Below, piece after piece: positions 38,335-45,827 of a stretch of DNA of 64,000 bases. The notes under the pieces were generated by a model that was given only the letters and a program-made list of their open reading frames with translations, made no database searches and was not told the DNA's origin. Location of the stretch: contig JBBSAM010000005.1 in assembly GCA_038252255.1 (NCBI GenBank), positions 94,040 to 158,039 on the forward strand. Direction: 5' to 3'. Both the position numbers and the translations under genes were made by a program. Source of the stretch: Acidimicrobiia bacterium (GTDB lineage: Bacteria; Actinomycetota; Acidimicrobiia; IMCC26256; JAENVU01). Position 1 is the first letter of the stretch. Each line of letters begins with the position of its first letter.

Positions 38335-38729
38335 ACGGCGACGACCAGGCACTGCTTCCGGGGACCGTGGCGGAGCGGGAGGACGAGCTGGAGCACGGCC
38401 TCTCGGTGATCTCGCCCGACGAGGTGCCGCTGCTGCCGGGGGAGGAGCGGGCGCACCCGTCGCCGTTCCAGTACGTGATCATCTTCGTGATCCTGTGCGT
38501 GATCACCGCCCTCGAGATCGGCTTGTACTACCTCGAGGACGACCTGCCCTGGAGCCTGATCGTCGGGCTGCTCCTCGTCATGGCGCTCATCAAGTTCGTG
38601 ATGGTCGCGAGCTGGTTCATGCACCTGCGCACGGACAAGCCCATCTTCCGGCGCTTCTTCATCATGGGCGGCGTCGCGGCCATCACCCTCTTCACGATCG
38701 TCCTGACGACGTTCCGCGTCTTCGACTGA
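38331..38729 (+). CDS. Cytochrome c oxidase subunit IV family protein (prokaryotic COX4 type)
   Basis: It has three hydrophobic helices (YVIIFVILCVITALEIGLYY..., LLLVMALIKFVMVASWFMHL). I preferred the ATG at 38331. GTG 38289 is an alternative start. Confidence 0.8.
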   Translation: MNGDDQALLPGTVAEREDELEHGLSVISPDEVPLLPGEERAHPSPFQYVIIFVILCVITALEIGLYYLEDDLPWSLIVGLLLVMALIKFVMVASWFMHLRTDKPIFRRFFIMGGVAAITLFTIVLTTFRVFD

Positions 38730-38733
38730 CTGC

Positions 38734-39597
38734 TTGACTGACGTGATGGCCGCGCAGTTCCCTGCCTGGCAGCCGCACCCCGACGTTCTGCTGCTCGTCG
38801 GCCTGGTCGTCGCTGGCTACACGATCGCGCTCACCAGGATCGGTCCCCGGTACCTCCCGGGCGGCGCGGCGGTGGCGACGCGCTTCCAGGTCGTGTGCTT
38901 CGGGCTCGGCGCGTTCGGGATGCTGCTCGCGGCCGAGTGGCCGATGCACGACGTCGCCGAGGACTCCATGTACAGCGTCCACATGGTGCAGCACCTGTTG
39001 CTCACCATGGTGGTGGCGCCGCTGCTCCTGCTCGGCACTCCCGGCTGGCTGGCCCGCTGGCTGCTCCGCCCGGCGTGGTTCTTCCGGTCGGTCCGCTGGC
39101 TGTCCCGATTCGTCCCGGCCCTGATTCTGTTCAACGTCGTCATCGTGCTGGTCCACTGGCCGGCCGTCGTGGATCTGACCCTCCGTTCCGGCCTGGCCCA
39201 CTTCTTCGCCCACGCCGTGTTGCTGCTATCAGCGTTCATCATCTGGATGCCGATCGTGAGCCCGCTGCCGGAGATCCCGCGCCTCGTGGCGCCCCTGCGG
39301 ATGGCCTTCCTGTTCCTCCAATCCGTGGTGCCGACCATCCCGGCCTCGTTTCTCACTTTCGGGACCCACCCGCTGTATCGTCGCTACGAGTCGTTGCCGA
39401 AGCTGTGGGGAATCTCCGCGCTCGACGATCAGCTCATCGCCGGCCTCATCATGAAGATCGGGGCGGGACTGCTGCTCTGGGCGCTGATCGCGGTGATCTT
39501 CTTCCGGTGGGCAGCTGCTGAAGAGCGCCGGAACCGACCCGGCCCCGGAGTCCGGGACCTGGATCGGGAGCTGACCGAGATGGGACTGCGCGCGTAG
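38734..39597 (+). CDS. ctaG: Cytochrome c oxidase assembly factor CtaG (caa3_CtaG family)
   Basis: It is a polytopic protein with VHMVQHLLLTMVVAPLL typical of caa3_CtaG. The start is ambiguous (TTG 38734, GTG 38743, ATG 38746). Confidence 0.82.
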   Translation: MTDVMAAQFPAWQPHPDVLLLVGLVVAGYTIALTRIGPRYLPGGAAVATRFQVVCFGLGAFGMLLAAEWPMHDVAEDSMYSVHMVQHLLLTMVVAPLLLLGTPGWLARWLLRPAWFFRSVRWLSRFVPALILFNVVIVLVHWPAVVDLTLRSGLAHFFAHAVLLLSAFIIWMPIVSPLPEIPRLVAPLRMAFLFLQSVVPTIPASFLTFGTHPLYRRYESLPKLWGISALDDQLIAGLIMKIGAGLLLWALIAVIFFRWAAAEERRNRPGPGVRDLDRELTEMGLRA

Positions 39598-40581
39598 ATG
39601 ACCGACGAAGCAACGCCAGGGAAAAGCGAGAGCGGCGAGCCGGAGACCCCGGCCACGCCGGAGACGCCCGACGCGCCCGAGTCGCCGGCGGCTGACGCGC
39701 CGGCCGCGGCGGAATCCACCGCGACGGAATCCAGCGCGACGGAACCCAGCGCGGCGGAACCGGAAGCTGCGGTCCCGGCCCGGCGCGAAGAGGGTGCCGT
39801 TCCGGCGGCCGTCGAGATGGGGCCCGCGGCCGACCCGAGAGCGGAGGCCCGCAAGACCCGGATCGTGCTCCCGTTCCTGCTCCCGATCGCTGCGATCGGA
39901 GTCGTCGCGTTCTATTCGTTCAACATCTCGCGGATCTTCATCGCCGCGGCGGAGAGCGACACCACGGCGGCGGTGATCATCGCCGCGGGCATCACGCTCT
40001 CGATCCTCATCGGTGCCACCGTGATCGCCGCGCTCCCGGACATCCGCACCTCGTCACTCGTCGTCGGTCTCTCCGGAGTCATGCTCGTCGTGATGCTCGC
40101 GGGCTCACTCGTCCTGGGGACGAGCCAACCGAAGACCGAGGCGGCCGCGGGCTACGTCGAGCCCGCCGGCAAGGCGATCAACACGCTCGAGATCGATGCG
40201 CTCCCGGAGCTGAAGTTCCAGGCGACGAAGTTCAACGTCCCCGGCGGGATCAACCTCGTCAAGTACGTCGACAAGGGCGGCACGCACACCCTGGTCTTCG
40301 ACAACAACAAGGTGCCGGGCTTCGAGCTCCAAGTACCGAACGGGCAGAGCGCCGCGAAGGTCGACCTCACGGCCGGTCAGACCTACACGGTGTACTGCAC
40401 GATTCCCGGCCACCGGGCCGCCGGCATGCAGGCCGACATCATCGTCGGCCCGAACGGTGGGGCCCCGGAGCCGGGAACGCAGAGCCCGACGCAGACGACC
40501 GGCCCGGGCACCACGCAGACGACGGTCGCGCCCGGCACGAGCAACACCGACAAGGCGTCGCAGGCGAGCACGGGGTCCTGA
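39598..40581 (+). CDS. Membrane-anchored type-1 (blue) copper protein / cupredoxin with disordered N- and C-terminal tails
   Basis: It has an acidic Pro/Ala/Glu-rich N-terminus, 3 TM helices, and a cupredoxin domain with ligands H (GGTHTLVF) and C-x4-H-x4-M (YCTIPGHRAAGM). The tail is Thr/Gln/Pro-rich. Confidence 0.8.
   Translation: MTDEATPGKSESGEPETPATPETPDAPESPAADAPAAAESTATESSATEPSAAEPEAAVPARREEGAVPAAVEMGPAADPRAEARKTRIVLPFLLPIAAIGVVAFYSFNISRIFIAAAESDTTAAVIIAAGITLSILIGATVIAALPDIRTSSLVVGLSGVMLVVMLAGSLVLGTSQPKTEAAAGYVEPAGKAINTLEIDALPELKFQATKFNVPGGINLVKYVDKGGTHTLVFDNNKVPGFELQVPNGQSAAKVDLTAGQTYTVYCTIPGHRAAGMQADIIVGPNGGAPEPGTQSPTQTTGPGTTQTTVAPGTSNTDKASQASTGS
39706..39765 (+). repeat. In-frame 4 x 15-nt tandem repeat (AAEST/ATESS/ATEPS/AAEPE) in the cupredoxin N-terminal tail
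   Basis: The units are GCGGCGGAATCCACC / GCGACGGAATCCAGC / GCGACGGAACCCAGC / GCGGCGGAACCGGAA. Confidence 0.85.
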
Positions 40582-40584
40582 TCG

Positions 40585-40986
40585 ATGCTGAAGCCGGCAA
40601 CGAAGCGTTTCGTCGCGTCCGCCGCCCTCGCGCTGGGGCTGGTCGTGGCGCTCGCGGCGTGCGGAGGCGGCGGCTCCGGCGGTAGTGGGTACAAGCCGCC
40701 GACCGGCCCGGCCATCGCGACGGTGAAGCTCGAGTCGGGCAACACCTTCTTCAAGCCGAACAAGGTGACGGCTCCCGCGGGGATCATCAAGATCCAGGTG
40801 ACGAACATCGAGAGCGGCATCCACGACCTCGTGATCCGGAACATTCCCGGCTTCCAGGTCGAGGTGAGCGGCGAGGGTGACGTCGAGTCCCAGAAGGTGG
40901 AGCTCGCGAAGGGGAAGTACGAGTTCTATTGCACGATCCCCGGCCATGAAGAGGCAGGGATGAAGGGCACGCTCACCGTCTCGTGA
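40585..40986 (+). CDS. Lipoprotein cupredoxin (type-1 copper protein)
   Basis: It has the lipobox LAAC plus a Gly-rich tether. The ligands are H (GIHDLV) and C-x4-H-x4-M (YCTIPGHEEAGM). It is 133 aa. Confidence 0.82.
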   Translation: MLKPATKRFVASAALALGLVVALAACGGGGSGGSGYKPPTGPAIATVKLESGNTFFKPNKVTAPAGIIKIQVTNIESGIHDLVIRNIPGFQVEVSGEGDVESQKVELAKGKYEFYCTIPGHEEAGMKGTLTVS

Positions 40987-41711
40987 TCGACGGGATCGAT
41001 CCCGGTCGCGTTCCTCGTCACGTCGCGATCGTGATGGACGGCAACGGCCGTTGGGCGCAGAAGCGCGGTCTCAAGCGGACGGAAGGGCACGCGGCGGGAG
41101 AAGAGGCGCTGTTCGACGCGGTCGAGGGCGCGCTCGAGCTCGGGTTGAAGTGGATGACGGTCTACGCGTTCTCGACCGAGAACTGGCGGCGCCCGCTCGA
41201 CGAGGTCCGGTTCCTCATGCGGTTCAACGAGTCGCTGCTGCTCCGCCGCCGGGACGACCTGAACGAGCGGGGCGTGCGGGTGCGCTTCATCGGCCGGCGC
41301 GGCGGGCGCGTGCCGAAGCGGGTGGTGAGGCACATCGAGGACACCGAGGCGCTGACCGCGCGGAATCGGCGGATGACGCTCACGTTCGCGTTCAACTACG
41401 GCGGGCGGGCCGAGCTCACCGACGCGATGCAAGCCATCGCCCACGAGGTCTCGGCGCGACGGCTCAAGCCGGACCAGATCTCGGATCGCACGATCGCCAA
41501 GCACCTCTACGCCCCGGACATGCCCGACCCCGACCTGATGGTGCGAACGTCGGGGGAGTACCGCATCTCGAACTACCTCCTGTGGCAGAGCGCGTACTCG
41601 GAGTTCCTGTTCACCGACGTCCTCTGGCCCGACTTCCGTCGCGAGCATCTCTTCGACGCCGTGCGCGAGTTCCAGCGGAGGGACCGTCGCTTCGGCGCGG
41701 TCGACACCTGA
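40983..41711 (+). CDS. uppS: Isoprenyl transferase / undecaprenyl diphosphate synthase
   Basis: It has HVAIVMDGNGRWA and the SNYLLWQSAYSEF motif. The GTG overlaps the upstream stop. Confidence 0.94.
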   Translation: MIDGIDPGRVPRHVAIVMDGNGRWAQKRGLKRTEGHAAGEEALFDAVEGALELGLKWMTVYAFSTENWRRPLDEVRFLMRFNESLLLRRRDDLNERGVRVRFIGRRGGRVPKRVVRHIEDTEALTARNRRMTLTFAFNYGGRAELTDAMQAIAHEVSARRLKPDQISDRTIAKHLYAPDMPDPDLMVRTSGEYRISNYLLWQSAYSEFLFTDVLWPDFRREHLFDAVREFQRRDRRFGAVDT

Positions 41712-41729
41712 CGTGGCTGACCGGATCGG

Positions 41730-42291
41730 CTAACGCGGGTCGTCGCGGTCGAGGTTCCAGTGCCGCGACGCCGACGTCAGCCAGTCGGAGTCGCCGGCGG
41801 GGATGACGGCAAACCTGGTGATGACGCGCTGGCCGCCCTCGCCGTCGCCGTAGAGCATGCTGACCGTGAGGCTCTCGCGGTTCGTGATGGCCTCGACGAT
41901 CGCGTCGTGGTCGGGATCGTTCGTGTCGCGGATCGCGCCCTGCCAGAAGCCGGTGTCGCCGGCCGGGATGTTCGACGCGCCAGCCGCGCGGCACCGCGAG
42001 CCCGGTCCCCACGTTGCGCACCCCGATGATGAGGAAGACCATCCCGTCGTTCTGCTCGGCGACCGCGCGGCCACCGGCGAGCCGGAACCACCGCAGGTCC
42101 TGGAAGAGGACCTTCTCCTCCGGGTCGCCGAGGCGGGAGGGCACGAGCACCGGTCGGAGGCCGGCCAGCAGCGCGCGTTCCGCGACGCGAGCCGATCGGT
42201 TCGACGACCGGACCGCGCTGAAGGTCGCTGCCGCGAGCACGAGGGTCCCGCCCGCGGTGGCGAGCGACGAGATGGTGGTCCAATCGGCCAT
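41730..42291 (-). pseudogene. Frameshifted hypothetical membrane-anchored protein
   Basis: The N-terminal 100 or so codons are coding-like in the frame of ORF 41611..42291 (MADWTTISSLATAGGTLVLAAATF...IGVRNVGTGLAV). The C-terminal 80 or so codons are coding-like in the frame of ORF 41730..42299 (SNIPAGDTGFWQGAIRD...NLDRDDPR). The switch lies near 41975-42000. Confidence 0.5.
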
Positions 42292-42372
42292 GGGCGCAAC
42301 CTACGTGCGCTCCGGACATTTCCGTGCGCCCGAGACGGCTTCGACTTGCACGGTTGTAGTTACACTGTGGGC

Positions 42373-43092
42373 GTGCCGGGGCTGTATCGGGATCAGGGAG
42401 TCGTGCTCCGGACATGGAAGCTCGGCGAGACCGACAGGATCGTCACCTTCCTGACCCAGGGCCACGGCAAGGTCCGGGCGGTGGCCAAGGGCGTTCGCAA
42501 GAGCGGGAGCCGGTTCGGCGCCCGGCTCGAGCCCACCAGTCACATCGCGCTGCAGTGCTACCGGGGCCGCGAGCTCGACGTCGTCACCCAGGTCGAGACG
42601 ATCGACGCCAACCGGGCGCTGCGGGAGAGCTACGCGTGCCTCACCCATGCGGTGCCGATGCTCGAGGCGGTCGACCAGGTCGCCCAGGAACGCGAGCCCG
42701 CGCCGGCGTTGTACCGGATGCTCGTCGGGGCGCTGCGGACCCTGAGCGACCGCCCGTCACCGGTGGTGACCCCGGCGTTCTTCTGGAAGCTGCTGAGCCT
42801 CGAGGGATTCCATCCGTACCTCGACCTGTGCGTCCGTTGCGGCGAGGCCGGGCCCTTCATCGCCTTCGACCTCGTCGAGGGCGGGGTCCTCTGCGCGGGG
42901 TGCGGCCGTCTCGGAGGATGCCGGGTGGAGCCGGAGGCACTCGGCTTCCTCGGCCAGATCGTGGGCGGTGGGGTGCACCGGGCGATCACCGAGCCTCCGG
43001 CGGCCGAGCACGTGCACGAGATCGAGCGTCTCGGTGTCCTCGCGCTCGAGTACCACTCCGAACGCCGCCTCCGCTCAGCCGCCTTGCTCTGA
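42373..43092 (+). CDS. recO: DNA repair protein RecO
   Basis: GTG 42373 gives VPGLYRDQGVVLRTWKLGETDRIVTFLT... It has the Cys4 motif (CVRCG...CAGC). TACACT lies 6 nt upstream. The upstream part of track ORF 41857 was rejected. Confidence 0.88.
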   Translation: MPGLYRDQGVVLRTWKLGETDRIVTFLTQGHGKVRAVAKGVRKSGSRFGARLEPTSHIALQCYRGRELDVVTQVETIDANRALRESYACLTHAVPMLEAVDQVAQEREPAPALYRMLVGALRTLSDRPSPVVTPAFFWKLLSLEGFHPYLDLCVRCGEAGPFIAFDLVEGGVLCAGCGRLGGCRVEPEALGFLGQIVGGGVHRAITEPPAAEHVHEIERLGVLALEYHSERRLRSAALL

Positions 43093-43293
43093 GGATCCCC
43101 GGCGATCACTCTGAAGATCTCCGGCGGCCGAATGTTGGACCGTGATTGCCGCGCGGCCGCCGGCGGCCTCTATCTCCCGCGTGTTGTTTGTGTCATTACC
43201 CGTCGGAATCACGAGTTTTCGCACCAACGGCGGGCACGGTCGGCGAGCCAATGCTTCGGGCCGAATTGGGCCGCCCGACTACCCTGAACGGCT

Positions 43294-44622
43294 GTGGCCC
43301 GTCCCGACTTGATGGACCGCGTCGTCAACCTCGCGAAACGACGTGGCCTGGTCTTCCCCTCCAGTGAGATCTATGGCGGATTCCGTTCGACGTGGGATTA
43401 CGGACCCCTCGGCGTGCTCTTGAAGCGCAACGTCAAGGAGGCGTGGTGGCGGTCCATGGTCCAGCTCCGCGACGACGTCGTCGGCCTCGACGCCGCCATC
43501 CTCATGGCGCCCAGGGTCTGGGAGGCCAGCGGGCACCTGAAGACCTTCACGGACCCCCTCGTGGACTGCCGGAGCTGCCAGGAGCGCTTCCGGGCGGACC
43601 AGCTGCCCGATTCCGGCGCGTGCCCCAACTGCGGGGCCAAGGGCTCGTTCACGGAAGCCCGGAACTTCAACCTGATGTTCAAGACGTTCGTGGGCCCGGT
43701 GGAGGACGACACGTCCGTCGCCTACCTGCGCCCGGAGACGGCGCAGGGCATCCTCGTCAACTTCAAGAACGTGCAGACCACGACGCGCAAGAAGCCACCG
43801 TTCGGAATCGCGCAGATCGGCAAGTCGTTCCGCAACGAGATCACCCCGGGAAACTTCGTCTTTCGCACCCGTGAGTTCGAACAGATGGAGATGGAGTACT
43901 TCGTCCCGCCCGAAGACGCGCCGCACTGGTACGAGTACTGGTGCCAGCAGCGCTTCCACTGGTACCAGGACCTCGGAATTCCCGAGGAGATGCTGCGGCT
44001 CCGACCGCACGATCCCGACGAGCTCTCGCACTACAGCGTCGCGACGAGCGACGTGGAGTTCGACTACCCGTGGGGCTGGGGCGAGCTCGAGGGCATCGCG
44101 AACCGCACGGACTACGACCTCAAGCAGCACAGCGAGTTCTCCGGCGAGGACCTCTCCTACTTCGACCAGGAGGGCGACCGCCACTACGTCCCGTACGTGA
44201 TCGAGCCCGCCGCCGGCGCCGACCGCGCCACCCTCGCCTTTCTCCTCGCGGCCTACCACGAGGACGAAGCGCCGACCGCGGACGGCAAGGTCGAGAAGCG
44301 GACGGTGCTCCGCCTCGACCACCGGCTCGCGCCGAACAAGGTCGCGGTCCTGCCGCTGTCGAAGAACGAGAAGCTCGTTCCTACTGCCGGCGAGGTCGCC
44401 GCGGATCTCCGGCGGCACTTCCAGACCGACGTCGACGTCGCGGGGGCGATCGGCCGCCGCTACCGCCGCCAGGACGAGGTCGGTACCCCGTACTGCGTCA
44501 CGATCGACTTCGACACCCTCGACGATCGGGCGGTGACGGTGCGCGATCGCGACTCGATGGGCCAGGACCGGGTGTCGCTCGACCGCCTCGTCAACCATCT
44601 GCGGGAGCTGTTGCCCACATGA
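43294..44622 (+). CDS. glyQS: Glycyl-tRNA synthetase (class II, dimeric type)
   Basis: It has [17 protein letters not shown]... and class II motifs. ATG 43312 is an alternative start. Confidence 0.93.
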   Translation: MARPDLMDRVVNLAKRRGLVFPSSEIYGGFRSTWDYGPLGVLLKRNVKEAWWRSMVQLRDDVVGLDAAILMAPRVWEASGHLKTFTDPLVDCRSCQERFRADQLPDSGACPNCGAKGSFTEARNFNLMFKTFVGPVEDDTSVAYLRPETAQGILVNFKNVQTTTRKKPPFGIAQIGKSFRNEITPGNFVFRTREFEQMEMEYFVPPEDAPHWYEYWCQQRFHWYQDLGIPEEMLRLRPHDPDELSHYSVATSDVEFDYPWGWGELEGIANRTDYDLKQHSEFSGEDLSYFDQEGDRHYVPYVIEPAAGADRATLAFLLAAYHEDEAPTADGKVEKRTVLRLDHRLAPNKVAVLPLSKNEKLVPTAGEVAADLRRHFQTDVDVAGAIGRRYRRQDEVGTPYCVTIDFDTLDDRAVTVRDRDSMGQDRVSLDRLVNHLRELLPT

Positions 44623-44714
44623 GTGAAGCGGACACCATTCCGATCCTCCGCCGTGTGTCGAGCGGAGCGGGGCCCGAGCGGCCCGGACCGAAGGGACGAG
44701 AGCGGAAGCGATGA
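44619..44714 (+). CDS. 31-codon mini-ORF / leader element, copy B ([31 protein letters not shown])
   Basis: Its ATG overlaps the glyQS stop (ATGA) and its TGA overlaps the next ATG (ATGA). It has the same 96-nt length as copy A. Coding status is unproven. Confidence 0.35.
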   Translation: MSEADTIPILRRVSSGAGPERPGPKGRERKR

Positions 44715-45802
44715 CCTCTGACCACTACGAGATCCTGGGCGTGGAGCCTGATGCGTCGAAGGACGAGATCAAGGCGGCGTACCGAGCCGAGATCGCCAAC
44801 GCCGACAGCGCGCAACGAGCGGAGCTGAACCGGGCCTGGAACATCCTCTCGGACCCGATGCAGCGCCAGCGCTACGACGCCGCCCGGATGGTGGGTGAGG
44901 ACGTCGACGACGCCGACGGGTTCGCGGAAGAAGCGCCGGGCGTCCCGGCCCGCCGGTTGACCGGTGCGCGTCGCGGTCCGGAGGCGACGGAGGTCGTCGG
45001 TCGCGGCAAGGACGGGGGCAGCTCGAACGGCTCGGGCTCCAACGGGAACGGCAAGGGTGCGAGCGGTGACGACGGGCGGCGCCGGCCGCCGCCTCCGACG
45101 GTCGAGCTCCCGGGCAACCTCGAGATGGCCGCGCCCAAGACACGCAGCCTCGCGATGCTCTTCGACTTCTCGGTCCTGCTCGTGATCTTCCTCGTGGTGC
45201 AGTTCGCCGGCGTTGCGCTGATCCAGAACCAGTACCCGAAGCAGACCGACCGGATCGACGCGCTGAGCAAGCAGCTCGACAAGGCCGACACGGCCAAGAG
45301 CAAGGCCGACGACGCCAAGAGCAAGGCGGACGACGCCCTCACCGCGGCGAAGAAGTCGCACGACACCGCGAAGGAAGCGGACGCGAAGGCCGCGGCCGAC
45401 CGCGCGGCGGCGAAGGCGAAGGCCGCGGACAAGAAGGACAAGGCCCTGAGCGACAAGCTCGTCAAGGCACAGGACGAGCTCAGGCCGATGTACCTGCTCA
45501 TCACCGGGGCGGTGCTCGTCCTGGCGCTGCTGTACACCGTGCCCATGTCTGCCAGAACGGGGCAGACGCTCGGCAAGAGGCTGCGCAAGTTGAAGCTGGT
45601 CAAGGTCGACGGCTCGGAGCCGGGTTGGAGCGCGTCGCTCATCCACTACGGCGTGCCGATCGTCCTGACGCTGGCGCTGTCGGGGTTCCTGGGCCCGATC
45701 GCCCTCGTCCTCGGCCTCGGCGGGGTCCTGTGGAACATTCGCGACCGGAACCGCCAGGGCATCCACGACAAGCTGGCCAAGACGTTCGTCGTCGACGCCT
45801 GA
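44711..45802 (+). CDS. J-like domain (no HPD) + coiled/low-complexity linker + RDD-family membrane domain protein
   Basis: The N-terminus is J-like (YEILGVEPDASKDEIKAAYR...WNILSDPMQRQRYD) but shortened and without HPD. The C-terminus is RDD-like (GKRLRKLKLV...RDRNRQGIHDKLAKTFVV). A 2 x 21-nt in-frame repeat lies at 45293-45334. Confidence 0.75.
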   Translation: MTSDHYEILGVEPDASKDEIKAAYRAEIANADSAQRAELNRAWNILSDPMQRQRYDAARMVGEDVDDADGFAEEAPGVPARRLTGARRGPEATEVVGRGKDGGSSNGSGSNGNGKGASGDDGRRRPPPPTVELPGNLEMAAPKTRSLAMLFDFSVLLVIFLVVQFAGVALIQNQYPKQTDRIDALSKQLDKADTAKSKADDAKSKADDALTAAKKSHDTAKEADAKAAADRAAAKAKAADKKDKALSDKLVKAQDELRPMYLLITGAVLVLALLYTVPMSARTGQTLGKRLRKLKLVKVDGSEPGWSASLIHYGVPIVLTLALSGFLGPIALVLGLGGVLWNIRDRNRQGIHDKLAKTFVVDA

Positions 45803-45827
45803 GCCGAGAAGAGACCGGAGAACGAAG

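Noticed and set aside
43093-43293. A possible T-box riboswitch or leader upstream of glyQS.
   Set aside because: I found no T-box sequence (the ...GGTGGTACCGCG...-type motif) and no specifier-loop or antiterminator arrangement. There is only a short GGCCGCCGGCGGCC palindrome that could end recO. An Rfam scan would settle it.
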